Source of the DNA: Chrysomallon squamiferum
Taxonomy: Eukaryota; Animalia; Mollusca
Assembly (NCBI GenBank): GCA_012295275.1
Contig: CM022673.1
Location: 10,292,001-10,356,000, forward strand
Length of the DNA stretch: 64,000 nt
Reading direction: 5' to 3'
The notes under the pieces are model-generated. The model did no database searches. It was given only the letters and a program-made list of their open reading frames with translations, and was not told the DNA's origin. Position 1 is the first letter of the stretch, and each line of letters starts with the position of its first letter. Below are positions 57,526-64,000 of the stretch, one piece after another. A program made the position numbers and the translations under genes.

Positions 57526-58359
57526 ACCAAAAGAGAAAAAAATGCAGTAATTTTCTTTATTTTTGGATATAAGGATTAATTGTTGACATCTAGTATTCAG
57601 TGATAGAAAGTTAATGTATTTAACACTGGTTTTAAAAACACAGTATTCATTTTAATTAAGAGAGTAAGAGAGAAAGGAAAATGAATAAGAGTTTTATAAT
57701 AAAAGAAAATATAATACAATATAAATAAATAAATAAACTTAATAAGTTTTACAGTAAACAGTAAACAAAGAACAAAACCCTCTTGTTTTATCATTTACAA
57801 CAGTATGATAAATTCACACAAAAACATGGCAAAATTTCCATTTCACACACAACGTCTTTTCATCTGTTGTATGTCAAAAATTATTAGTATAAAACCTTTA
57901 TGATCTAAACATATTAGCTTTAATACTGTGCAACCACACTGTAACAAGATAATTAGGAGAAGAAAAAAAAAAATTCATCATTCATAATTATGTTGACCAG
58001 AGATTCAGCAGAGGCAGGGAGATAGATTCTGCATTTAAACTGCCAGTTACAATTCCAGACAATTCCAGCAAGGGTAGGGTCGTGGTGGGAGGGTGGAGGA
58101 GGGGTGGCAGGAGCTGCCTGCAGCTTTAATGTTTGTTGCAGAGTATTCTAACTGGGGTGGGGGGGGAGGTCTGCAGCAGAGCCAGGTTCGGCTGAGAGAA
58201 ATGTATTTGTGGGATGTCGGAGTGCGAAGACGTCTGGGTTTGTTAATGTGGAGAGAATGTAAATTTGATGTAGAAGGATTTTTGAGTAAATTCTTGTTTA
58301 ATCCCTTGTAAGTGGCTGTTTCAGAAGTAATAAATTTATTATTTTCCTTGACATTTGAA

Positions 58360-58412
<53 letters not shown>

Positions 58413-59219
58413 TTGAATGTATAATACCATGAGATTTTTTTTTTCTGTTTATATTTGTTTAGTGTTGTGTTTTTTTTATTGCTTATACACAAACAAATAT
58501 ACACATAAATATTCTGAAGATATATATATATACACACATACACTGATACGTACATACATGCAAACATAATACATACATACATACACACACATACACTAAA
58601 CACGGAGACATACACATATGTGTTTGTGTGTCTGTGTGTGTGTGTGTGTGTTTGTGTTTGTGTTTGTGTTTGTGTGTGTTCATCCTTCTGTAGGTCTATA
58701 TATATATATATCAGCAGTGAAGTATGACCAGCACATTATTTTTGTTAAGTGAGCCATGTAAAACAAGAAAGTATGTTTAAAACATTAACTGTTTTTTCAA
58801 TAAGTAAGAAAATGTTTGAAAAAGGATCTGCCTTTTGAATTGTAACCAACAATGATGACTAGTAATGTTAATTTAACTTTCATGATTACAAATATTTTTT
58901 TCATAATATTGCATATCTTTCATAATAACAATAATATTTTTCATATAATATTTCTATACTTTAAAATTTTACAGTATACTTCAGCTTTGAGTTGATGCTT
59001 GTAATTAACACAGATTTTCAAAGGTTGTTGTATTCATTGGTTAGGAAATAATGAGGGTCAATGTGACATACAAATGTTAAATAATGATGTTAATTATATA
59101 GAGTAGTTGATATATGATTGTTTATATATGGATGTGTATTATGTATGTATGTATGGTATGTCAGAATGACACTGATAATTTAGAACATATGTATCATTGT
59201 TTATCTGTAACTGTTTCGT

Positions 59220-59220
<1 letters not shown>

Positions 59221-59299
<79 letters not shown>
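59221..59299. repeat. (CT)n microsatellite
   Basis: Directly visible. Confidence 0.97.
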
Positions 59300-59303
<4 letters not shown>

Positions 59304-59438
59304 TCTCTCCAAATATATATATGTAGATATATAGATATAGTTATGTACAATGATTATTTTAGTGCATGTTCCAAACAATATAAAATGTATTTTATTTATT
59401 ACATTTGTTAGAAAATATTGCATGAAAATACTACTGTG

Positions 59439-59493
<55 letters not shown>

Positions 59494-59567
59494 TATCCAT
59501 GTTTAATATAAAAAGGTTTTATCCTGATGTAATAATTACTATTTCCATTCATTTGTTCCTCCCATTT

Positions 59568-59606
<39 letters not shown>

Positions 59607-59689
59607 TCAATGTGCATATTAATCCTCACCCCAAAAATAATGAAAAAATAAAGACAGTCATTGTTTCAGTTCTGTTATTTCTGTTTGCA

Positions 59690-60440
59690 ATAAAACTAAA
59701 TTTTACATTTAGCAATTATTTTTTTTATTATTATTCCTTTAATTGTGCAAAATGTACATTTAACATCTAGATTTCCAGTCTTTTTAAGCCTGCAGAATTT
59801 ATACTTACCAGTGATATTCTCAATGTCTTAAAATTTACATTTAATAACCAAAATTTCCATTCATTTATGTTTGCAAAATTTACATTTAACAAGCATATTT
59901 CAGTTCCTTTATATCTGCAAAACTGACATTTAACATGCACATATTCATTTCTTAATTTATGAATAGTTTACATATTTAAATGTTTTTCCAGTACTTATAA
60001 TTTAGTAGCATTTTTAATCCTTCAAAATTTACATTTACAAACAAATGTTTTGCAGTCACATTCAATCCTTCAGATTTTACATTTAGTAGATGCATTTACA
60101 TACTCCTTGATATTTACATTGTTTGCATTCAGACACTAAAATTTTTCCAACCCTTTTTGATAATATTTTTATTCCTTCAGAATTTACATTTAACATGTAC
60201 CTTTCCATTCCTTAACATTTACACAATTTACATTTAGCCACCAAACGTTTTCCAGTCCTATTAATTCTGTAATATTTTTCAATCCTTCAGAATTTACAGG
60301 CCAAATGTTTTGCAGTCCTTCTAATTCTGTAATATTTTTCAATCCTTCAGAATTTACAGACCAAATGTTTTGCAGTCCTTTTAATTCTGTAATATTTTTC
60401 AGTCCTTCAAAACTTCCAAACCAAATGTTTTGCAGTTCTT
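59690..60440. repeat. 60-bp tandem repeat (clean copies 60241-60440) with a decayed upstream tail
   Basis: CCAAATGTTTTGCAGTCC... at 60241, 60301, 60361 and 60421. AATTTACATTT recurs upstream. Confidence 0.85.
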
Positions 60441-60596
60441 TTTCTTTTGTAGTTTTTGTTTCTTTTTTTGTTTTTTTGTTTTTTTTTGGTGCAAACTTTT
60501 GCTTAGTTTTCTGTTTTATTCCTTTGCATTTTTATGTGTGTTTCTTTGCTAACTGTTGACTAATGTGGTTTTTTGTGCATGTGGTTTCTCTTCTAG

Positions 60597-60676
60597 CTGT
60601 AGACAAAGTCCGGATTGCTGATCAGTACCATAGGAATGGCTATTGTCAGCTTGGTTACTCGGCAACCTTCAGCAAC
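60597..60676 (+). CDS. Integrin alpha coding exon 5 (80 nt; alternative start 60603 possible)
   Basis: Acceptor ttctcttctag|CT. Reads (A)VDKVRIADQYHRNGYCQLGYSATFSN, matching the YHRxGxCQxGxSA motif of PS2-type alphas. Donor AAC|gtaagt, phase 0. No stop codon, so the gene continues. Confidence 0.93.
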
Positions 60677-61217
60677 GTAAGTCATGCTTTGTTGTTTAGA
60701 AGATAGTATTTTAGCAAAAAAAAAAAATGGTGGTAGTGGTTATTAAGAATGTTATAGTCTTTGCACAATTATTACTGTTATTTTTAAAAATCTACATTTT
60801 TTTTTTTTTTTTTTATTATTATTATTATTTTTACAGTTGTGAGATAATAAAAAAAATAAAATTGTAGGATATTTGAAAAAGAGAGAAAAAAAAGTACATT
60901 CCCATAAGTCTTCTAGAAATCTTTCATAAAAATCAGCACTGAAAAAGCGAAGAATGTTCTTAAATAAATTTATCTTGATTTTTGTTTTGTTTACGAGAAC
61001 CTGCAGTTTATTAAGAAAACAAAAATATGAATATTTCCAGCTATCCAAACAAAACGAAAAAATAAGCAACAACAACTAAAGTTTTTCCTCATATCTTCAT
61101 CTCTTATGAGTTTTACTAATTACTGAGTTACAAACATGTACATGCTTCCAAAAACAAACACACATATACACGACACACCCTCTTCATCTCTCATACAAAC
61201 ACAAAACATTCCTCATA

Positions 61218-61272
<55 letters not shown>

Positions 61273-63680
61273 CAAACAACTCCAATAAAAATAAATAAAC
61301 ATATATCTTTTGCCCCCTCAAATTCATCAAATCAGAGAGCATTTACATTCAACATATTTGGCCAAACCTTTTCCACACATTTGCAAAATAACATGGTACC
61401 GTGACCTACAAAGGTAAAATGGATACCAAATGTCTTATGACGTGAAGACAAAAGACTTCCAAACTCACCTTTTTTTCCTGCTACATAATGGGCTGCTCAA
61501 AAGGGACTGAAAGTGAGAACATGTGTCCAGCATATTCCTTCTTTCCGGAGAATTGTTGTTTCACTACAGTCCTGAGTCTGGTATGAGTAGAGGAAATTGT
61601 TTTCTAATGGAATCGCAACAGAGAAATCAAAAACAATGTTTGCTAGATAATTTCTGAGATAATTTCAGGAAAGAAATATTTTAGAGAGCAAGATTTTATA
61701 TTGGTTTTTGTTTTGGTTTGAGAGATTTAATTTTTAATATTTAAAAAAAAAACAATATTTTGTATTTTTGATTTAGTTTTGTTTTTTTTGTTTCATTTGA
61801 AAGAGAATGTGAAATAAATCAACAAAAAGAAAAAAAAAAAAGAAACAAAAAAACTAATTGTGAAAACAAAAAAAACAGAAAGATAAAAATAATTAAAACT
61901 AATTGTGAAATAATGATGATGATGATGATGATGATGAAAGGTATAATAATTTTTTGGTAATAATAATAATAAAAAATCAAATGTTCCAATCTTAATAAAG
62001 GTATAATTATTTTGGTAAATTAAATATTTATTTCAGAATGAAAAATAAAGACATCCAATATCATATAAAAAATATCAGTTTTAAAAGATTAATCTAGGAA
62101 TATAACATTTATATGTGTGTGGTGTGTGTGTGTATGCTGGTACATTTCCATAACAATAACATAATTAAAAAAAAAACAGGTAACTGTTCAAACGATATAG
62201 CCATAAATCTTCATGTGATACTTTATTTTAATTAGCAAAGGTTAGTTGTGGTGTCTGTGTAACAACAAAAGGTCACATGACCAAGTCACATTATCTGATA
62301 CCATGGTACTATTTAGGGCCCAGGTACAAACCCATGACCTCACAAATTAAGTTAATAATATGTTACTGTTACAGAAAGCTGGCTATGATGAACAGTGGAT
62401 TATTTATGTATCTGTGTTAATTATATATATATGTGTGTGTGTTTTGTGAATATATATACATATATAAAACACACACACCTGTAAACAAACACAGATACAC
62501 TAAATACATTTACAATATGCATGTATGTGTTTAACATACAAGATATACCCGTGCATAGACTGCATAGATGGTTTTAATATAAACATTTACAGTATATAGA
62601 TGTATACTTAGCTTGCAGTGTATCATATTATATAACAGTATATACAAGACTTATGTGCACACTGGTAGTTCTACAGTGGTTTAAGCATGGGCATGTTCAT
62701 ATTTATTCTTTATTTATGCAAGTTCATATATTGAAAATGTTAAATATATTGATATAAAAAAATGTTGTTGTAATACAAATTGTGCATTTTGTATTTTGTT
62801 TGAATTTCGTTGGTTATGTAAATAAAGTGATATTTTTGTTTCAGCTCAAAATTTTAAAAAAAAAAAAATGGCCAGAAAGCAGATATTCTATGTTACTGAT
62901 TTGTTTTATTTCAGACTTTTATTTTTTTTTGTTTTAAAAATAATGTTTTAAAATTGATTAGAATCAAATCAAAGTAATATCTTTATATTCTTTCTTGTTT
63001 CTTTTTTAAAAATTCATCTTTTATTTCCTTAATTATTTTTTAAGATTTCTGTTAATTTTTCATAAACTTGAACTTCAAATGTTTATATTACTTATTACTG
63101 CCTATTTCATAACAATGTTTATTCCAAATTTTTAATAAAAAAAAAAAAAAAAAAAATTTTAAATCTTATTTTGTAAAAAGATATTTCATTTTGTCATTTT
63201 TAACTGGATGGGAAACACTTACAGTCATCTTTGTGAGGTCTGACTTTATTTAAACTGCCCCATGGTGAGTTGACCAATGTCCAGAAGGACTGTTCCTTAT
63301 CTTGGCTTCGCTGTGGCCACTGACCTCTGGAGGTTACAGGGTCCACCCAGGGATATTTATGATGGGGAAGGAGGTGGGTGGGGTGTGATAAGAAAAGATT
63401 AATTTGGGACTAACTTAATGAAGGTTTATCTTGCGTTCAAGCTTAGTTAAGTTTTAGATACGTTTTTTTTGGTTTATTGCTGTGACATGGAGAAAACTTT
63501 GTTTCTTCTGAAATAAAAAAAAAAAAAGAAAGAAAGAATGAATGCAGGATGGAAGGAGAAAAGAATGAATGCAAATGTTAGGAATGAAGGATGGGGGGAA
63601 AGGAGAAAGAAAAATTTACTCTTTAATAAATATGAGAAAGCTTAGTGATGGACTCTAAATAGCAGCTGTTTACTGTTTTG

Positions 63681-63870
63681 GGATCAAACATGTTAGGCAC
63701 ACTATTTTACACTATTTCCCATTCCAACCAAATTATCACAACTCCTTAATCAAATTCTATTGTGTATTTTTTCATAACTATGAGGAGGTGCAAATGAAAG
63801 ACCACTTGCTGTTAATAAAAAAAAAACAAGCAACAAGTCATTGGAGTTGCAGCATAATGGTTGCTTCTCA
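63681..63870 (+). mobile_element. Decayed SINE-like copy
   Basis: GGATCAAAC...CTATTTCCCATTCCAACCA...ATGAGGAGGTGCAAATGAAAGACCACTTGCTGTTAAT, with the same block order as the 34284 and 57331 copies. Confidence 0.5.
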
Positions 63871-64000
63871 TATTGTATTATTCAGAAATAACAACATTTT
63901 TAACATCGTTTGTGCAAATTATTTATAATTAAACAAATATAGATTCATTTATTCAGTTTCTGCTGTTTAATGGGAAGTTCTGCTTTGGTCTTGGATTTTT

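Noticed and set aside
62300-62330. TTAGGGCCCAGGT as a degenerate LGAPG exon 6
   Set aside because: It needs a frameshift and lacks both an acceptor and the following WxG.

Overview
AT-rich, microsatellite-dense animal genomic DNA. It is probably from a gastropod mollusc, which is an inference from recalled SINE resemblance and sequence style and is not verified. The only supportable gene is the 5' part of an integrin alpha subunit on the + strand. Five GT-AG coding exons (33536-33750, 41425-41546, 42518-42630, 50239-50359, 60597-60676) splice in phase into 651 nt / 217 codons. They encode a signal peptide, a YNVD mature N-terminus and FG-GAP beta-propeller blades 1-3, PS2/RGD-clade-like with no I-domain seen, and the gene continues beyond the window. 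The preceding 33 kb is non-coding, with CpG-rich motif clusters, a 20-bp AGGTCA-bearing minisatellite and a 4.7-kb G-poor ACTAAC/CA array. Introns hold an intact hAT-type MITE, decayed SINE copies and many local minisatellites. Nearly all ORF-track entries are simple-repeat artefacts. I found no firmly demonstrable new system. The best leads are the triplicated, stop-containing splice acceptors before exon 3, an in-frame tandem acceptor in a ligand-contact loop, a stop-interrupted FG-GAP-like relic at ~63.2 kb, the ACTAAC array, and a sharp CpG boundary inside intron 1.
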